Source of the DNA: an uncultured Candidatus Nitrosoarchaeum sp.
GTDB lineage: Archaea > Thermoproteota > Nitrososphaeria > Nitrososphaerales > Nitrosopumilaceae
Assembly: GCA_938049695.1 (NCBI GenBank)
Contig: CALKVM010000002.1
Location: 3,516-67,515, forward strand
Direction of reading: 5' to 3'
Length of the DNA: 64,000 nucleotides
The position numbers and the translations under genes were made by a program. Below the pieces are notes generated by a model, which saw nothing but the letters and a program-made list of their open reading frames with translations, did no database searches and was not told the DNA's origin. Shown here one piece after another: positions 49,152-56,825 of the stretch. Each line of letters starts with the position of its first letter. Position 1 is the first letter of the stretch.

Positions 49152-49973
49152 ATGACTTTTGAAATTTTTACTTTTAGTTTTATGCACAGAGCAATTATTT
49201 CAGGCATTGCAATTGCAATTTTATGTTCAGTAGTTGGTCTTTTCTTAGTTTTAAGACGTTATTCATTATTTGGCGACGCTATTGCTCACTCATCATTTGG
49301 TGGAATTGCATTAGGTTTGATGGTAGGAATTTATCCACTTTGGACTGCCTATGGTGTTTCAATAGTCAGTGCACTAATTATGACACGAATTAAAGATAGA
49401 TTCAACATATCTGGAGATGCCTCAATAGCAGTTCTTTTATCATCAGGAATTGCTGTAGGTCTCGTAATTATTGGATTATCTGGAGGATTTACTCTTGATA
49501 TTTTCAGCTTTCTTTTTGGAAGTATCTTGCTTGTTAGTGTTAATGATACAATTCTAATTTTATCATTGACAGGAATTATTCTGATTGTAATTCTTTTACT
49601 CTATCGCCAACTTCTTTACTCTACATTCAACGAAGAACAGGCAAAAGTCAGTGGTGTACCAGTTGAAAAAATCAATTATCTTATTGTCTTTATGGCTGGA
49701 ATTACTGTTGTAACTTCGATACAACTAGTTGGTGTTTTACTAATTTCTGCACTCTTTGTAATTCCAAATGTAACTGCAATAATGTATGGAAGGGGCTTCA
49801 AACAAACTGCAATAATTTCAATGAGTTTTTCTATATTTTCTGTGGTTGCTGGAATATTCATCTCATATATTTTTGATATAACCCCAGCAGGAACAATTGT
49901 ATTATTTGCAATTGGAATATTTGCATGTACAATGGGAATAAAGTCTGCTGGACTATTATCCAGACATAATTAA
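49152..49973 (+). CDS. metal ABC transporter permease (ZnuB-like)
   Basis: A multi-TM ABC-3 family pattern (GDAIAHSSFGGIALG). Confidence 0.9.
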   Translation: MTFEIFTFSFMHRAIISGIAIAILCSVVGLFLVLRRYSLFGDAIAHSSFGGIALGLMVGIYPLWTAYGVSIVSALIMTRIKDRFNISGDASIAVLLSSGIAVGLVIIGLSGGFTLDIFSFLFGSILLVSVNDTILILSLTGIILIVILLLYRQLLYSTFNEEQAKVSGVPVEKINYLIVFMAGITVVTSIQLVGVLLISALFVIPNVTAIMYGRGFKQTAIISMSFSIFSVVAGIFISYIFDITPAGTIVLFAIGIFACTMGIKSAGLLSRHN

Positions 49974-52733
49974 TTCATTTAATCTTCTTTTATCTTTTAG
50001 ACTTTTGACAAAAAATAATGATGTTGCAATTATACCCATTGCAATTAATGGCGATGCAATCTCGGTATATTTTAGTTGAAAAATATCTGTATCTGGTATT
50101 TGAGATATTGTTATGGGAATCTCTGTAGTCTTTATCATTGCTAATTTGTTTCCTTGTTGTTCAACAAACCAAACATTGTCTTTATCATCAGATGTTAAAA
50201 ATTGTACAAACGATGTTGCAGTTGGAATTGGAACCTCAATTAAATTTTTGTTATCTGGATCATATGCAGCAATTTTGTCTACTGTATGTTCTGCAATCCA
50301 AATATTTCCATATCTATCAAATGACATTCCATTAGGTGATGCTTCTTGATTTGGTACTGAAATTCTTTCAAATGTTTCAAGAATTGGACTAAATTTGGTA
50401 ATTGCTATTCCTGTATGTTCTGCAATCCACAAATTCCCTTTATCGTCAAAAACCAGAGCCTCAGGTGATGCAAGAGGCTTTTCAGGCACAAATTCTGTTA
50501 TATCATTATTTTTTGGATTGATAAATCCTATTTTACCAGAGGCTGATTCAGTAAACCAAATTTTTCCTTCATCATCAATTGTCAAGGCAAACGGCAGTGA
50601 TTCTCTTGCAAGCATCTTAATTTCTTCAAACGTATCTGATTCTGGTTGATATTTTAAAATCATACCTTTGTTGGTAATTGAAATCCAAATATTTCCATCA
50701 AAATCTGCTTGTATGAAAGTAGGAATATTATCCGAAATCATAGGTACTATTTTTGGTAAACTTTTTGTGGTAATTTGTTTATTACTTGGATCAAAGTACC
50801 CGATCTGATTTCTTGGTGTATCAGTAAACCAAATTTTTCCTTGATTATCTTGTGTAAGAAATATGGTGGTTAATCCGTCAAATGAATATGATGTAAATTC
50901 TTGCGTATCAAGTGAGAATTGCCATAATTTAGGAGAAGATGGATCACTTATCCAAATTGAATTTTTTCCATCATACAAAGGGTAAAGAGGTTTTGAAGAT
51001 TCAGGTAATTCGTATTCTATAATTTCTGTTTTCAGATCTGTTAATCTTGGTTTAACTAGTAAATTCATGAAAATTGATTCGTTTGCACTCTGATTTCTTT
51101 GAGTCTCTATTTCCACTTGCCACTGACCCGAAAATCCAAATGTTAAATCTCCTTGAAATTCAACTGGTTTACCTATCTCCTGTTTGATGATTTTCATGGG
51201 GACTTCTATTGGGGAAATATTTCTTTGTGGATTGGAGATCTTTACTTTGATTTCATTTGAATCATTCAACGGATTGTTTTCCAGATCGCTAACTTTGACT
51301 AAAATTGTATTTGCACCGCTAGAAAATGGTGTTATTTTAATATCAAATTTTGTATTTTCTGAAAACTCTATTGTACTGAAATCGTATGAAATTTTTTGCG
51401 CATCAGCTTGTTTTATTTCTCCAGCAGGCAAAGTTCCATTAGCAAGCAGTGCAACAACCCCTAAAAGAGCAATTCCTAATACAACATCGAATTTCAATGA
51501 TCTTTTTAGTTTCTTGTATACTGCAATGGATCCTGATTGTAGATCTTTTTCAGCCTTTTTTTGAATCTTAAACTGGAAATACCCTCCTAATCCAACCATG
51601 ATTGCTGCAATAGAAATTTTTACAAGAATTAATTTCCCATATACTGACTCGGTGATCAAGCCTACATCACTTTCCAAAAACCACATGAGTGTTGGTCCAG
51701 TAATTATCACAACTCCTACTGCAACGATAAACATAATTGAAAATCTTGGAATTAAAACAAGTGTCATCCTCTCACGTTTTGCTTCTTCCAATTGCGAAAA
51801 TGTAGGTAGTAACGTAAATACAAAATAAATTATGCCTCCGATCCACACTGCAGCCACAAAATTATGAATATAATCTAAAATAATTGCAGAAGTCTCTCCA
51901 CTGGCTGCACCATGTCCAATCAAACTTGAAGTTCCAATTAATCCAAGTGTAACTGCAAGCATTGGAATTTTATTTTTTATAGATAGATTCTTTTTTCTAT
52001 CCATTCCAAACCACAAACCAAGAAGAATAATTGTAATTATCATTCTGATTAGCCATATATTTCCAAAATCAGTTTTAATTACTTCAAAAACTGAAGTTTC
52101 TAATCTTACGGTTTGTACTACTAACATCAAAATATTTGATACAAAAATCAGCACTAATCCAATACCTGTAATTGTCATGAATTTTCCATGATGGACAGAT
52201 TCTAGTTTGTCTAATTCTTTTCTGATTAACTGTTTACTTTGAGTTCCCCAGATTAGTATTGAAGCAATTACAACACCTAACACAATGGTTTGACCTACAA
52301 GTCCTGGAAATCTTGATCCTGCTTCAGGCAAAAACACAAGTTCACTTGGTTGTAATTGCTGTTCAGGAACTATTACATCCCCTACTCCAAAATTAAATGC
52401 ACTAGGTACAAGATGTCCGTCAACTTTTGAGAGAACATTACTTGTTACTGTATAGACTCCGCTCTCTAATGGAGGAGTAGTGACTACTAGAGATTTTTCA
52501 TCTTCAAAATATTTTGTATCTTTGTTATCTATCTGTTCTCCATTATTATCAAATACTTTGAGAGAACTAAAATTAACATCAATTGGTTCTGAAAAATAAA
52601 CTATGACTTGTGTTAATCCCTCAGCTGCATTTGCTGATGAATTTGGACTAGTTTCCATAGTAAATGGATGAGCCGCAGCATATGGAATAGACATTGATAA
52701 AATTAATAGTGAAATAATTAAAAATTTCCTCAT
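49956..52733 (-). CDS. CopC-CopD fusion protein extended by an Ig-like region, a seven-bladed beta-propeller and a C-terminal TM anchor
   Basis: Signal peptide, then AA|HPFTMETSP...VIVYFSEPI...GVYTVTSNVLSKVDGH (CopC). About 8 TM helices follow (CopD). Seven repeats of the type KIWFTDTPRNQIGYFDP / NIWIAEHTVDKIAAYDP resemble streptogramin-lyase or NHL-like blades. Terminal TM: IASPLIAMGIIATSLFFV. Confidence 0.8.
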   Translation of the reverse strand: MRKFLIISLLILSMSIPYAAAHPFTMETSPNSSANAAEGLTQVIVYFSEPIDVNFSSLKVFDNNGEQIDNKDTKYFEDEKSLVVTTPPLESGVYTVTSNVLSKVDGHLVPSAFNFGVGDVIVPEQQLQPSELVFLPEAGSRFPGLVGQTIVLGVVIASILIWGTQSKQLIRKELDKLESVHHGKFMTITGIGLVLIFVSNILMLVVQTVRLETSVFEVIKTDFGNIWLIRMIITIILLGLWFGMDRKKNLSIKNKIPMLAVTLGLIGTSSLIGHGAASGETSAIILDYIHNFVAAVWIGGIIYFVFTLLPTFSQLEEAKRERMTLVLIPRFSIMFIVAVGVVIITGPTLMWFLESDVGLITESVYGKLILVKISIAAIMVGLGGYFQFKIQKKAEKDLQSGSIAVYKKLKRSLKFDVVLGIALLGVVALLANGTLPAGEIKQADAQKISYDFSTIEFSENTKFDIKITPFSSGANTILVKVSDLENNPLNDSNEIKVKISNPQRNISPIEVPMKIIKQEIGKPVEFQGDLTFGFSGQWQVEIETQRNQSANESIFMNLLVKPRLTDLKTEIIEYELPESSKPLYPLYDGKNSIWISDPSSPKLWQFSLDTQEFTSYSFDGLTTIFLTQDNQGKIWFTDTPRNQIGYFDPSNKQITTKSLPKIVPMISDNIPTFIQADFDGNIWISITNKGMILKYQPESDTFEEIKMLARESLPFALTIDDEGKIWFTESASGKIGFINPKNNDITEFVPEKPLASPEALVFDDKGNLWIAEHTGIAITKFSPILETFERISVPNQEASPNGMSFDRYGNIWIAEHTVDKIAAYDPDNKNLIEVPIPTATSFVQFLTSDDKDNVWFVEQQGNKLAMIKTTEIPITISQIPDTDIFQLKYTEIASPLIAMGIIATSLFFVKSLKDKRRLNELIMSG

Positions 52734-52836
52734 TTACTTTTCAGGTTATCTTTGACAATTTAAACAGTTTTCATTTACTTTGAAGTTTGTACCAATCTAC
52801 GTAAAGATAATAACATGTTACAATAAAGTAACAGTC

Positions 52837-53463
52837 ATGAAAGTTATTACTTTGGGATTAATTGGATTATTATTTTCTGTTGGATTTGTATCACAATCTT
52901 TTGCTCATACAACAGTTGAGGTAGAACCTTACAAAATTGAAGTAGGTTGGGGACTAGAACCTCCAGTTGTAAGTATAAGAAATGATTTTGTTTTTAAAAT
53001 AACTGAATCTGGTGATACTCCAAATTCGTACACAGGAGTTACGAATGCATTCAAAAATATAGAAGTTACAGCCATGTTTGGAGGAGTCTCAAAGAAAATT
53101 GATATCCACTCAGATCCCAAACTAGGATATTATTTTTCACCTGTAATCCCCACAAAGACTGGAACCTATATTGTGGATTTGAAAGGAGAAATTAATGGAA
53201 TTCCAATAGATGTGCAAATTCCAGTCGAAGATGTAGAAAGTACTGCAGTATTGGATTTTCCACAAACTAGTGGCTCTTCATCAGATCAAGATGTGATTTC
53301 ACTCAAAAATGCAATTTCATCACTACAAAGAGATGTCTCATCCATGAAAGATGGTTCAGAAAATGTTAATGGTGGTGCAGCATATGACTTTGCAGTTTTT
53401 GGATTGTCTATTGCAGCAGCTGCAATAATCTTGGCAATAGTTGCTTTAATAAAAAGAAAATAG
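52837..53463 (+). CDS. secreted protein with predicted mature N-terminal His and C-terminal TM anchor (possible YcnI/DUF1775-like copper-binding fold)
   Basis: Signal peptide MKVITLGLIGLLFSVGFVSQSFA|HTTVEVEP, a beta-rich body, and the C-terminal anchor FAVFGLSIAAAAIILAIVALIKRK. The family call is tentative. Confidence 0.5.
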   Translation: MKVITLGLIGLLFSVGFVSQSFAHTTVEVEPYKIEVGWGLEPPVVSIRNDFVFKITESGDTPNSYTGVTNAFKNIEVTAMFGGVSKKIDIHSDPKLGYYFSPVIPTKTGTYIVDLKGEINGIPIDVQIPVEDVESTAVLDFPQTSGSSSDQDVISLKNAISSLQRDVSSMKDGSENVNGGAAYDFAVFGLSIAAAAIILAIVALIKRK

Positions 53464-53477
53464 AAAAAAGTTAATTC

Positions 53478-54344
53478 CTAAAATCTTGGAATTACTTTAG
53501 ATTTTGCAGTAACAGCAACAATGCTTATGATTGAAACGGCTAGTATCATCATTGCAACTGTTCCAAATTCTGGAACAATGTTTGAAAATACTACTTGTTC
53601 ACCTATAGGTCCTGTCTTTGGTTCATCTACTCCAAAACCTTGGAAGGTAATGGTGACCTCTACTGGATCTGATGAGCTAAGTGGTGCTGTTTCATGCATA
53701 CCTTCTCCCTCATGGCCATGTGCAGCAATATCATTTAGTACTTCTGCACCATTTTGTGTTACCATGACGTCATAGTTTGCATGTTCTGAATCTTCAAAGT
53801 CAACTGTGATTTCCATTTTTTCACCTGAAGTTGGTGCGGAAGTCATAATTGAAACTTTTGTGCCATCAGATAACATTCCAGTTGCAGTTGCATCTTCTGT
53901 ATGCATCTCTTCACCGGTATGTTCTTCATCTTCATGTTCTTCTGTTCCTGCTTCTTGTACTACAATTAATCCTGTCATCCATGGATGAACCATTGAAAAG
54001 TAGTGATATTCGCCTGGCTCTTCAAATTTGAATGAAAAAGAACTTCCCGGCTCTACTAAACCACTATCAAAGAATCCATCAGGACCAGTCTCAGCTGTAC
54101 CACTTGTTATGGTAGTTGAGGAAGTGCCATCATTTGTCCATATCACTTCACCGCCTACATCCACAGTTGCCTCATGTGGAATATAGCACTCATTTGTCTC
54201 CTCACATCCTTGTGTATCAGAACCTGGTGCAATACTGACATTAACTTCTAAATGATCAGCATAAGCATTGCCAAATCCTATCGACATTACCATAACAGCA
54301 AGTAACTGTATTGTCAATACTGTATACGTTGATTGTTTTTTCAT
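53478..54344 (-). CDS. cupredoxin-like surface protein lacking two type-1 copper ligands, with acidic/His linker, Ig-like domain and PEFG-CTERM
   Basis: Plastocyanin-like block GCEETNECYIPHEATVDVGGEVIWTNDGTSSTTITSG...GEYHYFSMVHPWMTG. Linker EEHEDEEHTGEEMHTED. Ig-like domain with NYDVMVTQNGAEV. C-terminal PEFGTVAMMILAVSIISIVAV at 53478-53573. Confidence 0.7.
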   Translation of the reverse strand: MKKQSTYTVLTIQLLAVMVMSIGFGNAYADHLEVNVSIAPGSDTQGCEETNECYIPHEATVDVGGEVIWTNDGTSSTTITSGTAETGPDGFFDSGLVEPGSSFSFKFEEPGEYHYFSMVHPWMTGLIVVQEAGTEEHEDEEHTGEEMHTEDATATGMLSDGTKVSIMTSAPTSGEKMEITVDFEDSEHANYDVMVTQNGAEVLNDIAAHGHEGEGMHETAPLSSSDPVEVTITFQGFGVDEPKTGPIGEQVVFSNIVPEFGTVAMMILAVSIISIVAVTAKSKVIPRF

Positions 54345-54377
54345 TAGTACAGTTTTATGAGAATGAGATTAAATGAT

Positions 54378-54402
54378 CTGGTACATTCTTGAAATGTACC
54401 AG
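54378..54402. promoter_or_regulatory. candidate operator, perfect palindrome CTGGTACATT-CTTGA-AATGTACCAG
   Basis: 10-bp perfect inverted repeat arms, 34-58 nt upstream of the start at 54344 (minus strand). It abuts a TATA-like TTTAAT about 24-29 nt upstream of the ATG. Confidence 0.6.
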
Positions 54403-54459
54403 AATTAATCAAGATGTTTTAACAAGAAACTTTGATTTTTAACAGAATAAGAATAATGT

Positions 54460-54680
54460 GGATGAGAAATATTAGGACCAATGAAGATTAGCTCTTTTAC
54501 CAAAATGACTCGCTTTTCTCATCCACTATGGTAAAGCCTGTACTTTGTAAATTATACAATAATTCTGTAAATAAAACAAAATTGGTACATTCGACAAATA
54601 CACCATTAAATTTTGTACAGTAATTCTTGGCAGATAAAAATTTAACGAAATATGTAATGTGGTTTTTTATTATGACAAGT
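54460..54680 (+). repeat. copy A of a duplicated intergenic module (conserved stem, shared blocks, operator, degenerate 5' gene stub)
   Basis: Shares ordered blocks with 56675-56950: GATGAGAAA ... AAATGACTC ... TTTCTCATC, ACTATGGT(A/C)AAG, AAATTGGTACATTCGA, AATG(G)TGG(G)TTTTT and ATTA(A)TGACAAG. Confidence 0.6.
54582..54606. promoter_or_regulatory. candidate operator TTGGTACATTCGACAAATACACCAT
   Basis: Matches TGGTAC-N11-GTACCA with one mismatch in the right arm. Confidence 0.45.
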
Positions 54681-54786
54681 AATCTTATGTTGTTATTGAT
54701 TTTGAAATGAGATTGATTGGGCTAGAATAAATCAATAGAAATTGCAAGTTGAATACTAAATAATTTATGAAATTCAATTGTATTTA

Positions 54787-54957
54787 CTACAAATTCTTAT
54801 TTGTTATTTTTAATCCTTCTTTGAGAGTAAGATTAACAACATAAGAAAAACTAATGTTCTTTTTTGATTTTTTAATCATATCTGCCTGGATTGCTCTAAG
54901 TTGATCTTGAATTTCCTTATCCACAATGATAGATAATCTACTAATTTCAGAATTCAT
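54787..54957 (-). CDS. 56-aa ribbon-helix-helix (CopG/Arc/MetJ-like) DNA-binding protein
   Basis: Hand-translated: MNSEISRLSIIVDKEIQDQLRAIQADMIKKSKKNISFSYVVNLTLKEGLKITNKNL. The pattern is beta-strand (RLSIIV), helix, helix. It lies 32 nt downstream of the DsrE-like gene on the same strand and is below the track cutoff. Confidence 0.5.
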   Translation of the reverse strand: MNSEISRLSIIVDKEIQDQLRAIQADMIKKSKKNISFSYVVNLTLKEGLKITNKNL

Positions 54958-54989
54958 TTTTCATCTCCATAAAAAAAGAAAATAATGGA

Positions 54990-55439
54990 CTAGTAGTCCA
55001 GTATTGTTGCATCTTCATCGATGAGTCTTTGCATTTTAGGCATGTTTGGATGTGAATCAATTTCAATTCCAGGCAACATATCAGCAGGTTTTAATCCTGC
55101 CATGCTGATACAATGCTCACAAGCAATCACTCGTCCTCCTGAATCTAGAAACTGTTGAAGTTCTTGATTTGTTGCCTTTAGGCTATCTGAAGGCTGATTT
55201 ACTCCGATCTTTACTCCATCAACATCAAGCATTATTGCTACGTTTTTGCCTTGAGCAAGCATTGCTTGCGAATGCTCAACGCCCATCATAGCACGATGAT
55301 TATCATCGCTAGTGATGTGAACCATTACTGTTCTAGTGTATGCATCAACTTGTTGTTGACTTGGCATGGCTGCTATTGCAACTAGAAAAACTGCTGCAAA
55401 GACAGGTATCGCTATTGAATATTTCAGTGCTGATTTCAT
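54990..55439 (-). CDS. DsrE/DsrF-like family protein with N-terminal signal/anchor (predicted extracytoplasmic)
   Basis: Hydrophobic N-terminus IAIPVFAAVFLVAIAAM. DsrE-like core: VMVHITSDD...NVAIMLDVDGV...GGRVIACEHCISMAGL. Confidence 0.6.
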   Translation of the reverse strand: MKSALKYSIAIPVFAAVFLVAIAAMPSQQQVDAYTRTVMVHITSDDNHRAMMGVEHSQAMLAQGKNVAIMLDVDGVKIGVNQPSDSLKATNQELQQFLDSGGRVIACEHCISMAGLKPADMLPGIEIDSHPNMPKMQRLIDEDATILDY

Positions 55440-55473
55440 TGATAATATTATGTGAATTTAACATAAAATGAAA

Positions 55474-55498
55474 TTGGTGACTTCGTAAAATGTACCAG
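55474..55498. promoter_or_regulatory. candidate operator TTGGTGACTTCGTAAAATGTACCAG
   Basis: Lies 35-59 nt upstream of the start at 55439 (minus strand), the same spacing as the site at 54378. It is 3 nt beyond the stop of the wHTH regulator gene. Confidence 0.55.
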
Positions 55499-55500
55499 TG

Positions 55501-56067
55501 TTATAATGCCAAGAAAATATCTTCAGAGTGTTCAAATTTCTCATCTAATAATTTTGAGAATTCCTTTTGAAAAGTGTGTTTTAGCAATTTCATGTCTTTA
55601 ATTTTGTAACATTGTTTATTGTCTTTTTCACATTTTTCAATGACACCTTCCTTAATAAGCTCAGAAAGGTTCCAAGAAATGGTTCCAGGACTTTTCTTTA
55701 CTTTAAGTGTCAATTCTTTAAAATCAGGATTTCCTTCAACTAGAATTTGAAAGATGATCTTCTTTTTTGTAGGTTTTCTGAGATTTCGTATTATGGAATA
55801 CTCTGAATCTGTCACGTCAAGTGGATAATACCGTCTATGTCTAGTTTGTTTTTGAGATTTTACAACACCTTGTCTTTCTAGTTTTGCAAGATAGTGAGTA
55901 ATTACACCATTTGCTAGTTTGGTTTTATCCATAAGTCCTTTAATGTGAATGCCAGGATTATTTTGAATTGTTTTTAGAATTATGTTAGATCTGTCTAATT
56001 GAGTTTTTTGTGATTTAACAGTATTGACGGATTTTATATTTTGCTTTATTTTCATGTATGCATTCAT
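55501..56067 (-). CDS. tandem winged-helix transcription regulator (paralog of 58746-59246)
   Basis: Two wHTH modules: TIQNNPGIHIKGLMDKTKLANGVITHYLAKLERQGVVKSQKQTRHRRYYP and a second ending ELIKEGVIEKCEKDNKQCYKI. Confidence 0.75.
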   Translation of the reverse strand: MNAYMKIKQNIKSVNTVKSQKTQLDRSNIILKTIQNNPGIHIKGLMDKTKLANGVITHYLAKLERQGVVKSQKQTRHRRYYPLDVTDSEYSIIRNLRKPTKKKIIFQILVEGNPDFKELTLKVKKSPGTISWNLSELIKEGVIEKCEKDNKQCYKIKDMKLLKHTFQKEFSKLLDEKFEHSEDIFLAL

Positions 56068-56183
56068 TTATGATAGAACGATGTCCCTGATGAGCTTTGT
56101 GTTTATTCGTAGTTACATATTTTGGTCATCTTGAAAAATTTAACGTGAGGGTATTGGTTCTCAAAATCTGTTTTATTAAAAAA

Positions 56184-56501
56184 TTATGGTTGGATTAATG
56201 CTGCTCTTTGTTGCGTCTTTTCAAAATATCCGCTAATGATTTTGTGAGGAACATAATATGTTACATCTACAACATCACCAACTTGACTACTACATTTTTG
56301 TATTACAGGCATTGAGATGGTAGGCGTATTAATTACACAGCCTCTTTCTGTAATTGCCACTACTTTTCCTTGTTCTGTAATTTGTACAGGAAACCAATGC
56401 CATATAGGAGCAATTGTAGTTATTATCAGTAGAGCCAAAGCTGTCAGTACTATTCCAACGTACCATTTCCAAGGCATTTTCTTTTCTTTTTGTATGCTCA
56501 T
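56184..56501 (-). CDS. small membrane-anchored protein with two Cys in the external domain
   Basis: One TM helix (WYVGIVLTALALLIITTIAPIW), then a roughly 70-aa domain containing GCVINTP...QKCSSQ. Confidence 0.5.
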   Translation of the reverse strand: MSIQKEKKMPWKWYVGIVLTALALLIITTIAPIWHWFPVQITEQGKVVAITERGCVINTPTISMPVIQKCSSQVGDVVDVTYYVPHKIISGYFEKTQQRAALIQP

Positions 56502-56779
56502 TTTTGTTCAGGAGATGTTATGATGAATTAACTAAAAAGGAAATTGGTGATTTTATCAAACAAAAATAACCTAGAATATGAATATTGCAAAAATGGAATA
56601 GATTTTTTTAATCTACAGTAGATAGAATTACAAATCATAAAAAATATTGAATGAAAAATTTAGATAAAAAAATAGATGAGAAACAATAAATCAGGTTATG
56701 AATAAACAAATGACTCCGTTAGGTTTCTCATCGACTATGGTCAAGTACAATAATTTAGAAGAACAGGATTAAAATGAAA

Positions 56780-56804
56780 TTGGTACATTCGAAGTTCATA
56801 CCAG
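56780..56804. promoter_or_regulatory. candidate operator TTGGTACATTCGAAGTTCATACCAG
   Basis: Matches TGGTAC-N11-GTACCA with one right-arm mismatch. Lies in the divergent region between 56501 (minus) and 56954 (plus). Confidence 0.5.
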
Positions 56805-56825
56805 TACAATCATGAAATGTACCAG
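56801..56825. promoter_or_regulatory. candidate operator CCAGTACAATCATGAAATGTACCAG, overlapping the previous site by 4 nt
   Basis: The right arm is perfect and the left arm is degenerate (CAGTAC). The two sites are tandem. Confidence 0.4.

Noticed and set aside
54460-54524. C/D-box sRNA interpretation of the GATGAGAAA ... TTTCTCATC element.
   Set aside because: GGATGAG and AGATGAG only loosely resemble the C box RUGAUGA. No properly placed CUGA D box or C'/D' pair was found on either strand. The GATGAG is part of the stem rather than flanked by it.
54468-54540. Two 9-codon ORFs (MRNIRTNED in copy A, MRNNKSGYE in copy B) and a following MT... ORF considered as leader peptides.
   Set aside because: Apart from MRN the peptides are unrelated. 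The second ORF changes frame between copies because of a 4-nt indel, so the conservation is at nucleotide or structure level, not coding.
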